DNA of 64,000 nucleotides from Eledone cirrhosa (taxonomy: Eukaryota): NCBI GenBank assembly GCA_964016885.1, contig OZ024746.1, forward strand, positions 44,826,001 to 44,890,000, in the 5' to 3' direction. The stretch's first letter is position 1. Each line of letters opens with the position of its first letter. Below, piece after piece: positions 1 through 13,240 of this stretch. The notes below the pieces were generated by a model. The model did not search any database. It saw nothing but the letters and a program-made list of their open reading frames with translations, and had not been told where the DNA came from. The position numbers and the translations under genes are program-made.

Positions 1-639
1 AGTTTGTTTGTGTGAATGTATGTGTGTGTTTGTGTGAATCTATGTGTATTTGTGTGAATGTATGTCTGTGAGTGTGTATTTTTAAAAGTGTGTCTATATT
101 TACGTGTTTATAATTATATACTCATACATATTAATGTATGCATATCCACATACACGTCAGCGTGTTGAAAAACATTCTAGCAATTTATACCTCTGGTGTA
201 ATGAAACATCATTGTTCTCGGTTAATTAGTATCTATTACTCTTGTATTAAATTCTAATCTGTTCCATTTTAACAATGTTCTCTTTCCCTCTCTCATTTGA
301 GATCTTATCTATTCTTGATTATTCGTGGAATCATTTATATATTTATATATTTGTACTTGATATAGATTTATTTTCTTGTTCATACAAGGCGTACGATATA
401 TCTTTATTATTGTATATTCATTTCCGATTATGTTTAGTACATATTCTAAACCAGCTATTATCCTCACATTAGGTTGTCTTAAGGGAAACTTAAAATTGAT
501 TTCTATACTTTGCACAAAACGTTAAATACTTTTATAAAAAATGGTGACTGATCAACTTCCTATGGTATTTATATACATATTTCGTTTGATTTAGAATTGT
601 TTTAAATATTGTTATATTTGTGGTTGGTCATGTTGACAA

Positions 640-1400
640 ACGATTCAATTAAAATACATCGATTTTCATACAACCTTATTATTAGTTAATGCTAGTTAGT
701 CAAAATTCTTTCGTCACACATCCTGTGACCCCCTTTTTTTCTCTGCCTCTTCTTCTTTCTGCTTTTATTTTGTTGACTTTATCTTGTCATTAAGTGTTAC
801 GTTTCCGGGTCTGCGCATATGGTTTTATCTTATGTGCGTATGTGGATCTGTATATTTCCGTGTTTGTGTCTTCCTAAGGGATTTTGTTATGTGTCCGATT
901 CTGTCTTCGGGTTTTCGGTTGTTGGGTGAGGCTGTTATTAGTCCATTCTTGTTTGCTCTAGAAGTTCAGTCTACTCTCCTAATATCAGTGTTGCCTCTGT
1001 AATTTGTCTGACCATTGTGTTGGTTCTATATGTGGATAGGATCCTTACTTCAATGTTATCTATTGAGCCTCCATGTTCCAGTTTAGCCTGTTGTTATAAC
1101 CCTTTCGAGCATTTCTCCCGTTTGAGTTATCACCAGTGTTTCTTCATTCTCTCTCCTATGCTGTAGGTATACACTGCATTTTTAGTCTTCCAGGTTACTC
1201 CTTAGACAGTTAATATCGGTACAGGGGTTTCCGTAAATGGATATATCCTACTGATGAGGGATTTTAAGGGAGTTCTTGTTTTTTCCAACAACTTTAATTA
1301 TTAGGTTTAGTTTATCTAAGTGTCTGCTAAATATTTCAATATTGCTGCAACATGTTACATGCTCTGGCTATGTGTTTTTCCTGACGCGGTCAGTAGTCAA
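640..1400 (-). mobile_element. Degenerate Penelope-like element 3' fragment (GIY-YIG C-terminus and 3' UTR)
   Basis: Minus strand around 940-1050 reads roughly ILSTYRTNTMVRQITEATLI...KQEWTN, like the ...RQITEAIHI...RKYEWN end of the 12609 ORF. 700-730 matches the HHR-bearing terminal repeat at 12622-12655. Confidence 0.6.
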
Positions 1401-1525
1401 ACATCGTCTCTAATATCCTCAAATGAAATATAAATGTAGCTGATCAAAGTTTCATGTCGTTGATATAAATGGGACCGTGGTTCTGTGCCAGGAATTATAT
1501 ATATGTTGTCATTATTGTACATAGA

Positions 1526-1716
1526 AGGGCGGTGGATTGGCAGTATCGGTAGAGGGTCGGACGCCATGCTTTCCAGCATAGTTACGTCTCTTTACGATCT
1601 GAGTTCAAATCCCGCCGAGGTTAACTTTGCCTTTCATCCTTACGGGTTCGATAAAATAAAGTACCAGTAATGAACTGGGTAATTGCTGGCCTTGTGCCTA
1701 AAGTAGAAACAATTAT
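1526..1716 (+). mobile_element. tRNA-derived SINE (octopus-type)
   Basis: ggcggtggattggcagtatcggtag...gagttcaaatccc (B-box-like)...gaggttaactttgcctttcatcc...gataaaataaagtaccag...agaaacaattatt. Near-identical copies at 22712, 38574, 40962 and 62406. Confidence 0.85.
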
Positions 1717-1944
1717 TGTACATAGAAGAAACTGGTAGAATTGTGAGCTGAATAATCAAACAATATTGTGGGGTTTACGGTTATATGAAATTCATACATT
1801 GGTGGGAAAATGAATATCTCATGTTTGGAATTAAATACCAGAGTTGCGAACGTTACATGTTGAATACAAAAGAGTCCTATTAACAGATAATTACTTATAA
1901 TGATTAAAGTGGCAGAACAGCTTCATTGATGGATTGACTAACAC

Positions 1945-2050
1945 CTCAGCCAGATCACATTCACATACTAATGAAGAGACTCAGCCAGATCACATTCACA
2001 TACTAATGAAGAGACTCAGCCAGATCACATTCACATACTAATGAAGAGAC
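1945..2050. repeat. 35-bp tandem repeat x3
   Basis: ctcagccagatcacattcacatactaatgaagaga repeated three times with no spacers. Confidence 0.9.
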
Positions 2051-2782
2051 ATTGTTTTGACACAAGATTAACTGCTATTTGATTATCTATATAATACATG
2101 AAGCAACTAACGGTACGGGATGGAAGTGGTAGCAGCTATGCTTGCAATTATGTTGATATGTTAATAGTGTAGCGTTTTAAATTGCACTGGAGTTCTCACT
2201 ATAGCGAATATATAACATATTCTTTGAATTTTGATTGAACTTGTTCACATATGAATAAATTCCGGCAATAGTCAATAGCCTGAATGTGATTACTTGATTA
2301 GGCTATTGCACTCAGTATAATATATGAGGTTAAATGTACACCTTTTTAGTCATAATCCAAATGCTCGGAGCGAATATTTGGCATAAAAATAGAATTATGT
2401 CGCTGATACAATGTTAATTTGATCCAAATCTTATTAACATGTATTGCCTAATTTATATTGTTCGCTTTAAAGTCCATTTTAGAAGGGAGCTGAAGCAGAC
2501 GATACATCTGAGTACACATCTGTAACTATACCTCAGAATTTCACAATAGAGTCTGTAATACCTAGTGTTAAACGGCTAGCAGAATACACTACGCCTTTTA
2601 TTTGTACAGAATGGATAAAACTGATCAATTGTATAGGCTATACTGATCCACTGAAAATATGTTTCCGTGTGCGAATGTGAGAAATAATCAATTTTGATCT
2701 AGTGATCCCAAAATGATTATGAACTTTATTCGCCTACTTACAAGCTACCATTTCAGAATATATATGATACATGATATACATG

Positions 2783-3006
<224 letters not shown>

Positions 3007-3064
3007 TGAAAAAATGGGGAGAAGAATACTGCAGGTTGCACATGGATAACATGTAATAAAATAA

Positions 3065-3165
3065 GTCCCTCATCAGTGATTTGCCGACGATCATAGATAT
3101 TTCATTGCATTAAAAATCATATACCTCACGTCGGTGCAATAATAACTAAATTAAGTTATTAGGAC
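3065..3165 (-). ncRNA. Candidate non-circularly permuted hammerhead ribozyme (copy 1)
   Basis: Minus strand: gtcc taataact taattt agttatta ttgca ccgac gtga ggtat A tgattt ttaa tgcaa t GAA atatc tatgatc gtcgg c aaatca CTGATGA g ggac. Every segment has a complementary partner. Confidence 0.75.
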
Positions 3166-3572
3166 AATTAAAACGCGTAAAGCGAGTGAGACAAGATAAC
3201 AACAAAGAGGAGAGCTAGCCGTAGAAGGAAGGGAACAAGCTTCATAGTTATTCTGTTAGCATAAGCTAGGTGAATATATGAGCGCTTAGATAAAAGACCT
3301 TTCGGGAACGAATTCAAATGTGAGAAAGAGAGAAAATGTTTTCGTCGCGAACGGGGTGAAGTGAGAAGAGGAGAAACAGTGAGTGAGTGAGTGGAAGGAA
3401 GAGTTAACTGACATGACAGAGGGGGCGAAAGAAAGTAGGAGAAACAGAGAGAACAAGGGAGCAGTAAGAGAGAGAGAGAGAAAAAAACAGAATAGCAGTT
3501 TAGGTAAATATATGTGAAAAAATGGGGAGAAGAATACTGCAGGTTGCACATGGATAACATGTAATAAAATAA

Positions 3573-3673
3573 GTCCCTCATCAGTGATTTGCCGACGATC
3601 ATAGATATTTCATTGCATTAACAATCATATACCTCACGTCGGTGCAATTATAACTAAATTAAGTTATTAGGAC
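3573..3673 (-). ncRNA. Candidate permuted hammerhead ribozyme (copy 2)
   Basis: Tandem copy of 3065-3165 with point changes in stem I and in the side hairpin. Confidence 0.65.
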
Positions 3674-4065
3674 AAATAAAACGCGTAAAGCGAGAGAGAC
3701 AAGATAACAACAAAGAGGAGAGCTAACCGTAGAAGGAAGGGAACAAGCTTCATGGTTATTCTGTTAGCATAAGCTAGGTGAATATATGAGCGCTTAGAAA
3801 AAAGACCTTTCGGGAACGAATTCAAATGTGAGAAAGAGAGAAAATGTTTTCGTCGCAAACGCGGTGAAGTGAGAAGAGGAGAAACAGTGAGTGAGTGAGT
3901 GGAAGGAAGAGTTAACTGACATGACAGAGGGGGCGAAAGAAAGTAGGAGAAACAGAGAGAACGAGGGAGCAGTAAGAGAGAGAGAGAGAGAAAAAAACAG
4001 AATCGCAGTTTAGGTAAATATATGTGAAAAAATGGGGAGAAGAATACTGCAGGTTGCACATGGAT

Positions 4066-4132
<67 letters not shown>

Positions 4133-4173
4133 AAATGAAAATCTGAAGGCAAGGTAAAATTCCAATCATTTAA

Positions 4174-4247
4174 TCACGACACATGTTTCAATAAGAGATA
4201 GAGCAATTGTGAAGCCATGATCGATTATCACTGATCTGATCAGGTGA
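4174..4247 (-). ncRNA. Degenerate type I hammerhead motif
   Basis: tcac CTGATCA ... GAAAC atgt GTC gtga. Stem I tcac/gtga and palindromic ACATGT are present, but core G8 is replaced by C. Confidence 0.4.
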
Positions 4248-4423
4248 AAATGAATTGTCTTTAAATTCTTGATATGAGGGAGAAAAAAATAACGATGTTC
4301 TCTCACAGAATTCATTCCCTCATATGCCCTCAAAGCGTGGAGAACTTAATATTGTTTTTGGACCATTTTTCACAACCAATGATGCACCTTGCTATATATA
4401 TATATCTCTCTATATATATATAT

Positions 4424-4457
<34 letters not shown>

Positions 4458-7166
4458 GTAGCATTTTACGTCCGCTTTTCCCTGCTTGCAAGGGTGGGAC
4501 GGGAACTGATTCTGGCTTATCTATATATATAATTTTGGGTTATCTATATATAGGTATAATGAAATATTCGTGACACCGTCGGAGTCCCGAAATTTTCATT
4601 TTAACCACTCTACTACACCAAGTATCGTGTATGTATGTGTGTGTGTGTGTGTGTCAGTGTCTGTGTCTGTGTTATTATCTATATATAATTGCTGTATGCT
4701 TGTGTGCCTTTGAATATATATAGAGTCCCTCGCTAAAACATACAATTTTCAAAATAATGTTATGTTTATGCCAGTAGTCTACAGAGATACTAAATAGGTA
4801 AAGTTATTCAACCCGGTGACACAGTTTTCATTCTCGGCTTCAGACGTTGCATTTCAGTAAATCAATATTTTCATTGTGTAAATATAAACCATGTGTTTGT
4901 GTAATAAAGAATACATGCATTTGGAGACATCTGCAAAATATCGATAACAAATTTTTTTAAAGCAAATATTTATTTGAAATCTATATTAAATATAGGCATT
5001 CCATTGTCAATATTACAAAACATTTAAATTATCATGCTGAATATACATGTTTCATGTACATGCACGAGAGACATATAAAATGGATAAGCAATTAGCGAGA
5101 ATATGATATATAGAGGGACAGTGTTTAGAAATGTAATGTCTTTTCAACTGCCGTGTGCAATATCGGGTCACATGATTCAGTGAGATTGAATGGGTTAACA
5201 TGTGAAATGCAGAAAGTAACGTATATAAATCTGCTGTTGAGTTTATTGTTTATTTGCAGCAAAGTCATTCCACGCATGATCAGCTGTAGCCAATATAATA
5301 TACTTGAGTAAGCTTTAGGGGGGTATTTATTTGTTATTTGGTATATGTTTTTCGTGCGTGCGATACAAAAGATAATATCATAAACGCTATCATAATTATT
5401 TTTAGATTTCTCATACTCAACCCCATGGCTATTAGTTGAGAAATATTTCCAACATACAGTTTTAAAATTTTGATTTGTAATTCCACTATTTTAATTCTTT
5501 GTGTATCATTGATAATAATCATCATATTAATCGTCATACTGAAATATTTTCATAACAATATGCTGGATTTGGTAGATACCCTGAAAAAAAAATTTCTTTC
5601 GAAACCTTGTGCATCTCTAGATCACAAAATTATGTGATGAATTTGCACAAGATGAGGCTGACAAAATTTCATCAAAGTTTCGAAGAATCCGCAATACATT
5701 AGGCTCTACGAATTATGAAGACTGTTTAAGAGATTCTTCCAGATCCACTTTGCCTTTCATCCACAAGTTTTATACGATTTACTTTGCTTCTTAAAACTCC
5801 CGGGAGTTCGATAAATCTAAAGTGATATATAACTCTGTAAGGAAATCAGGATTTAATTCGGAAAAATGTTGCACGTTATGTACGAGGCTGACTATGAAGG
5901 AGTGATGCTAGACCTGTGAAATCTTGCATGCATTAATTTTAGCTCATTTTATTAATAACTGCATTGTTTCTTTCCAGGGACTGTGTTGAAAATTAAACAT
6001 CATTTGGGTATTCCATGAAAGTTGAACGTTTCAGCCGACCATCGTAGCTCAGCCTGTATAAATTACTGATACATGTTGACTCTTAGAAAATGCGGTACAT
6101 TGAACGATATACGTATTCTGTTCACATAGTCCCCGTCCCGAAAAAAAGACAAAAAACAAAACAAAACAAAACAGTTAGTTAACTTTTCCTGAAATGACTC
6201 GATTTAATCGTGATTACTTGGTAATGAAAAACAGGGCTACTGACTTAATAACGCCCATAATATTTGTTGGTACATATATTTAATATTATCTGAGAGACGT
6301 ATTTACTCAGAGGTGAGATAGCATTCAACCCATTACGTCATATCGGCACTACATGAAAGCATTATGCATCTAAAACAAAATAATTTAAACAACACCGTCC
6401 TTCGGAAGAAATTATGATGGGGTGGTATGACATAAGAAACACAAACGAATAAAATCATTTTGCTATCACCCGACGTATAACTGAGCAATCCAGCTGCGAG
6501 TATATTTTTTACATCTAGGAAGAAGTGGCTACGTTTGAATTAATTGTTGTAGCCATCGTAGAAGCACGGTGTTTTGGTTATGTAAAAGTATATTGGACTG
6601 TCGCCAGTTTTGCAGTGACGGTTTAAGAAATCCAAAATTGAGAACAATCTTCTTGTATGTAGTCTACATTAAATACTAATTATATTTATTCAATTTTTAT
6701 ATTAGGTTTGAAATATTTTTTAAAAGAAGTGTTAGCTGTAAACAAAATTTAAAGTTTGTTGAAAATATATATTTGAAAGTTGAAAACAAATATTTTATAG
6801 TGATATTTTTCCAATGATTAATTTCTAAATAGACATTGGGGAACAACGGTATATACACTCACATTAATCTCTTTACTTTTCTCTTTCACTGATCATTTTC
6901 TTTTTGTTTAGCGTAAAATTATCGATGAAAAATTAGTATGTATGTTTCCATACACAACCGCGCGCGCACACATTTATATATACATACATCACGATATAAA
7001 ATAAAGTTTAGACAGTGCACATATAAATCACTCTTTCGTTGCATAGGAAAACAATTTAGTCTACTTTAGTATAGATGAATTCTACTTCAAAAATACTACC
7101 GATATATATATGCTGACTTCAAAAAGATATATATGCGTGTGTGTGTGAATATATATATAATGTATA

Positions 7167-7199
<33 letters not shown>

Positions 7200-7203
<4 letters not shown>

Positions 7204-7947
7204 CGCTCTACATGGCTGAATACAATAAATATAATCTGAGCTTTTCGAATATTAATACTAACATTTGATTCGTTTGCAATTATGTAAACAGACCTCATTT
7301 TTAAAGCCATGTCAGTAGAATGAACCCTTCATTCTTGCTCTTGTGTTGGAATGTAAACAGAACTGCAGACACCAATGTTTCTGGATATCAACCTTCATCA
7401 GTACAGCTCACTGTTCACCTATCAACTGTCAGAGCTAGTGAAAATATATGCTATTTTCTAAAATATATAGTGACTGATCGGTCTGATTTGCATATTAGCA
7501 GACTGGCTGATCAGTCAGATCTGCATATTAGCAGAACCACTGATCAGCCAGATTTGCATATTAGCAGACTGGCCAGTCAGTTTCCTGTATACGAGCGATA
7601 AATGGCCGGCTTTGCCACATTCAAATAGAAAAAAAAAGATCAGTGGATCTGCTAATATGCAGACCTGACTGATCAGCCAGTCTGCTAATATGCAAATCAG
7701 TCCGATCAGTCACTGTATATTTTAGAAAATAGCATATATTTTCACTAACTCTGGCAGGTGAACAGTAAGCTGTACAGATGAAGGGTGATACCCGGAAACA
7801 TTTGTGTCTGCAGTTCTGTTTACATGCCAACACAAGAGCAAGAATGAAGGGTTCATTCTACTGACATGGCTATAAAATTGAGGGTTGTTTGCATAATTGT
7901 AAACGAATCGAATGTTATTATTTATATTCGAAAAACTTAGATTACAT
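7200..7947. mobile_element. Inverted pair of a 438-bp HHR-bearing repeat unit
   Basis: 7200-7620 and about 7637-7947 are mutually inverted. Same family as the tandem array at 41150-41787. Confidence 0.85.
7363..7406 (-). ncRNA. Type I hammerhead ribozyme
   Basis: ctgta CTGATGA aggttgatatcca GAAAC attggt GTC tgcag. Stem I ctgta/tgcag, GUC site. The inverted copy at 7770-7813 (+) has core CAGATGA. Confidence 0.7.
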
Positions 7948-7976
7948 TTATATATATATATATATATACACACACA

Positions 7977-8011
<35 letters not shown>

Positions 8012-8772
8012 TTATATGTGTGTGTGTGTGTGTCTGTGTGTGTGTGTGTGTGCGTGTGTGCGTGCGTGCGTGTGTGTGTGTGTGTGTGTGTGTGCGTGTG
8101 TGTGTATATAAATAGATAGTTCTCTAAATTTATGTTTAAATATGTATTTGTATATGAGTATCATTTTGTTTTAGACGGGGATACATTGGTACTTTAGCAA
8201 ATGCTTCTGTAAGAGTTTCTGTGCAGGGAAAGCGTCTTGACTTGTAGTTAGGCTCATGGACTCATGAGCGTAATGCCAGGGGGTCGATTCCTGTATGAGT
8301 GAACGCGTTGATATCATCAGCAAAAACCAATTTACGCTGCTCGTTCTGCCAGGAGTTGGGAAAGCGAGATAATTCCAGTAATGGAAACACGAATGGAAAT
8401 TTTGTTTTCGTGTCTGACAATCGGTTCTTCTCTTTTCCTTTCCTTTACTTTTTCCTGTGTAGTAATATGGCGCATTTTATGTAGGTATACTCTTTTACTC
8501 TTTTACCTGTTTCAGCCATCCGGCTGAGGCCATGCTGGGGCACCGCCCTTAGGTATGTATCAAATTATATGGGCATCTCCAGGTTTGTGTCGGTGAATTT
8601 ATGTGTATGTATATAAAAGATGTATATCGTTTTTGCTTATGAGTCTCTATACGTGTGAGGAAAAGTGTGCGCGCACACGCGCGCGCAAACTCGCACACAT
8701 GTATGTTTATAAGTGTATAAATATGTATATGGGTGTGTATTTTATTTAGGTACACATACATGCACACATGCA

Positions 8773-8835
<63 letters not shown>

Positions 8836-9914
8836 ATGTATATATATATATATATAATATGTGTGTGTGTGTATGTGTGTGTGTGGGTATATGTATGTAA
8901 GTGCGTGTCAGTGTAAATCCCGTGTAATATCGGACGTGGGGGTCACAGTCAGAAAAGGTCACTCAATATATTAGTAGAGTGTCAGCATCTTTATCTAATA
9001 TAGAAATGGCTTCTACAGGATTAGAACTGGTTCATTCTGTTGTTTATTTTTACTACTATATATATGTGTAATAATAATATATATATACACACAGACACGG
9101 ACACACCCACACACCCACACACACACACACATACACCCACACACCCACACATACACACACACATATATATATATTTATTTATATATGTGTGTGTGTGTTT
9201 GTGTTACTGTGCATGTATTTGTTTTTACGTGTGTTTATGGAATGGTGTGTAGTTCATTTTGTATACGCGTTTGTATGCGCCTAAAGGAGACATTGAAGTC
9301 TCTTCAGAAATAACACCCATATCTACTGCAATTGTCGTATCTGATTTTAAATATTAACTATCTTCACACTCACCACATCAAATTTAATATTGATAACTGT
9401 TACTCATAATTAACACAATTTACATTGATTAAAATCCTCCCCATTTTAACCAAATTCCCCATCTGCTTTATAGAATAGGTATTTACTATATACCCGTTGT
9501 TTACTTTCTCTTTATAATTTGAACAATTAAATACAGGCTGTCATACTCAATAAAGTTAGAATTGCTTATATTATATCTGTTAATCGTGATTATGAGTTAT
9601 AGTTGTTAAACAAAAACTTGAATCTCTTATTCTTAATATAAACACTCTGCATATCATGCCAATAACAAATAGATGTCTGCATCAGCATACACGTTTAAAA
9701 TTGAATATCCATTTCCCCTAAAAGTAAAGAAAAGTCAAACTGGTGCCAACCATAATAGCAAGGGAATACCAACTATAAGTTCCTATCTGAAGGAAAGCAT
9801 TAACAACTGGACAGCTTGTTCTCAGGTGTCGGGTGTCAAACCACACCATTATTAACGGCTACACACATATATATATATATTTATATAGTAATACTAGTTT
9901 ACCTTGATCTATAT

Positions 9915-10090
9915 ACAGCCAGGAAACCGTGTCAGAACCCATCCTCCAGGGTTTAGTTGCATGATGGTGAAGAAGCGGCAGGCAAAGACGATCCTGATTA
10001 GACAATATCAAGAACTGGACTAATCACAACACTGCAAACCTTCTCCGCATGAGTAAGGATAGAGGCCAGTGCAGAATGCTGACTGTAATA
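9915..10090 (+). mobile_element. RTE-like LINE 3' fragment
   Basis: Reads ILQGLV...GRQRRS*LDNIKNWT...LLRMSKDR, resembling RTE-clade ORF C-termini. Confidence 0.55.
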
Positions 10091-10452
10091 AAGGTCTAGA
10101 TTGGTAAACCTATGACTTGCTGTACCAGTAACGGAAAGAGACTGATAGTAATGCATAAAATTAAAAAAGATAATCTAATTCTTCAGGTCTATAATAAGCA
10201 TATAATGCCATTTAGGTTATATCAGGGCCTTAGTTAATGATAGGAAGTTACGTTTTGCAGTTGTCTCGATGTCAGTGGATGTTCAATGACAGAACCATTT
10301 CTCCGAAACACCCCCGTGATTTCTTTATGAATCCTAAAGAGATGAATGGAAAAGTTCTCCATGGCATAATATGAAGGCTAAACACACTGAAGAAAAACAG
10401 ATACTTAAATTTATTCCATCGAACTATTTAACGACATTGCAAATTCGCCACC

Positions 10453-10528
<76 letters not shown>

Positions 10529-11044
10529 GAGAGAGAGAGAGTGAGAGAGAGAGGGGGGAGAGAGAGGGAGAGAGAGAGAGACCGAGAGAAAGAGTGTGTG
10601 AGAGAACGGAAGGAGTGAGAAGATGCATCAATAGATATATGTACGTGTTAAATGTATTTAGATCTATTTAGTGTTTAATTTCTAGCTCTGTTGTTTCGAA
10701 CATTTAGTTTAGCAATAGCCTATATAACTGTGGTTAGGCAACCTCTAACTATGACTGGCGAGCATAAAAATCTTTAAAATCTGTGTGTAGTTCAAAGGAT
10801 AGCCTGTGACTGCATAATTTAATGACAATTTAATGTAAAGCTACGCATAGAATTCTTTCAGTTGCCATAATCTAATAGAAACTATTAAGTGAGTATACAA
10901 TGGCAGACGCTGTATGAAACCTACATATTTGTATGTTTCGCTATGATATATTTCCTAACTCTGTGTTGTAATGTAAACATTTATTTAGTACAAAGGGTCT
11001 CTCCACTCCCCCCTCTCACTATATATATGTGTCTCACTCTCTCT

Positions 11045-11144
<100 letters not shown>

Positions 11145-11253
11145 ACAAGAACCCTATCTACCGTCGAGTATCATTAGGTTATACCTATATAGATACGGAG
11201 TGTGCAACCGATACACCACCAAATGTTTATAAATATATACATTATATAATATT

Positions 11254-11400
11254 GTTATACTTGGGGAGGGTCATATTTGCGTAATATTGCCAGAATTAAT
11301 AACAGAACACACTCACTGTTTGGTTGGTTTTCGCTTCTCGCTGTCTTTTATATCTCGGTCCTCAATGTTGCCATTGACTGACCGACGGTCAAAAATAATA
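11254..11400 (-). mobile_element. PLE terminal-repeat fragment
   Basis: Near-identical to 28125-28288; shares the gttatactt(t/g)ggagggtcat end with 12465. Confidence 0.7.
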
Positions 11401-11597
11401 CATGAAAATTGAAAATAATTATAAACATCATTAATCAAGTTTCTGATCTTTTGGGATCCTCATCAGAAGACGTGTATATCATTAAATCAACTAGAAGAAA
11501 ACATACACACACAGACACACAGACACACACATATACACACACAAGCGCATATACATACATATATATATATATATGTAAAGATATGTATATGTGTGTG

Positions 11598-11668
<71 letters not shown>

Positions 11669-11876
11669 GTAAGTATATGTGCATGAATCTTTTTCTCACG
11701 AGTCAGTTCTTTCGTTGCTACGAACCCCGGCTGAATTACCGGTCGCTGTCTTCATTTTGCAAAGCCCTTTAAACTGTATGTTATTACTCTGAGGTCCTAT
11801 ACCTTGTCGAGTGCACTGCTGAAAGAATTCGTCGCCTTAGTTGAGGCTCTGGCTTCGAATATGCTGTACTTCCATT

Positions 11877-11914
<38 letters not shown>

Positions 11915-12189
11915 GGTTTGAAGGACTTGAGGGCGACCGGCTAAAGTGGAAGCTGCTAGTTGGTCGGTCGTCCTCGGGTCTATGATTTTCAGCCCCATGG
12001 ATTTTATTTGTTACATTTATTTATTATGTTTCGAATACCTGATGATATCACTGGATTCATACGGAACCTGGTCATTGAAATGATAATTGTATAATAAATC
12101 TTTCAAGGATTTACACAAGTCCAGCCTCCTGTTATTTTATTTTATATATATGATGTGAGAAAACCCACAGACCCTCCATTTCAACTCTA

Positions 12190-12225
12190 CTTTTGAAAAG
12201 CAGAAGAACTGCGAAACCGGTAAAG
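12190..12225 (+). ncRNA. Minimal PLE-type hammerhead, core degenerate
   Basis: ctt TTGAAAA gcag aagaa ctgc GAAAC cg GTA aag, followed by AATAAA. The core differs from CTGAAGA at 2 positions. Confidence 0.5.
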
Positions 12226-12389
12226 GAACCAAATAAATATATATATTTAAAAAAAAAATAAGACTCCAGTTGCATTTTCGATTTCATCTCTTTATCTTTA
12301 TACTTTCACTCGTGTAGGACACCTCGGTTATTTTTCAATTTGTAAAAAAAACCTCACTTTCTAATATATATATATATATATATATATGT

Positions 12390-12468
<79 letters not shown>

Positions 12469-12665
12469 TACTTTGGGAGGGTCATGTTGCCAATAAGAAA
12501 AACACGCACCAGTTGCTTTCACTTCAATTTATTATAATAAATTTATAAATTTAGGAATTTATAAATTAATAAAATTCTCATTGGTTGGTTGGTTCCACAA
12601 CCAGATAGTTGTTTATATATTGTCAAAGTTCTTTCGGCACACATTCTGTGACCTCTTCAGTGACT

Positions 12666-12995
12666 TATGCTATACATAAGTATAGCATAAGATGTACTGA
12701 AGGACAATGTAGAGACACAAATATAGTGTACATAGGTGAGACAGCTCGTAGTGTAGGGGAACGGATAAATGAACACTGGCGAGACCTTCAAGATAGTAAA
12801 GAATTATCTGTACTCTACCAACATGCTAAAATAGAACATAAGGGTAAATTAGAGAACATAGAAATAAAAATAGAATCTACACACAGAAAAGACGCAATAT
12901 TTAGACAAATCACAGAGGCAATACACATAAAAGAATTACAACCAAAATTAAATAGAAAATATGAGTGGAACAGCAACATCACAACTTACAATTAA
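12666..12995 (+). pseudogene. PLE GIY-YIG endonuclease C-terminal fragment
   Basis: YSIRCTEGQC...VYIGETARSVGERINEH...LYQH...RQITEAIHI...PKLNRKYEW: YIG, catalytic R, E and N motifs. The 5' part of the annotated ORF lies in the inverted repeat. Confidence 0.85.
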
Positions 12996-13197
12996 GGACA
13001 AAAATGAAAACACACACGCACATACAACAAACAACCAACCGGTAACATATAAATAAACAAATAAATAAACGAATATAAACACACACATACACCCGGATGT
13101 GGCGCATGCGCAGACTGAGCACACAACACACACACAGAAACAAAATGGCGTAGGACAGAACAAAGGAGAGGCACAAAAACAAAGAAAAGAATCCCCA

Positions 13198-13240
13198 GTC
13201 ACTGAAGAGGTCACAGAATGTGTGACGAAAGAACTTTGAC
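13198..13240 (+). ncRNA. Minimal hammerhead in PLE pseudo-LTR (inverted copy 12622-12664)
   Basis: gtca CTGAAGA g gtcaca gaatg tgtgac GAAA g aa c TT tgac. Confidence 0.65.

Larger units (their letters stand above)
3007..4066 (-). mobile_element. 508-bp partial-tandem repeat (about 2.1 units), PLE pseudo-LTR/retrozyme-like, flanked by (TA)n
   Basis: gtccctcatcag recurs at 3065 and 3573 (period 508). A third partial unit ends near 4066. No coding potential. Confidence 0.85.

Noticed and set aside
1251-1275. CTGATGA on the plus strand
   Set aside because: No properly placed GAAA or stems; lies antisense within a decayed PLE coding region.
1945-2050. 35-bp (and 33-bp at 7474) repeats of CRISPR-like length
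   Set aside because: Head-to-tail with no unique spacers, no cas genes, eukaryotic context.
3070-3076. CTGATGA read as a snoRNA C or D box
   Set aside because: No C/D terminal stem arrangement. The adjacent stem I, GAAA/stem III and UH pairings fit a hammerhead core better.
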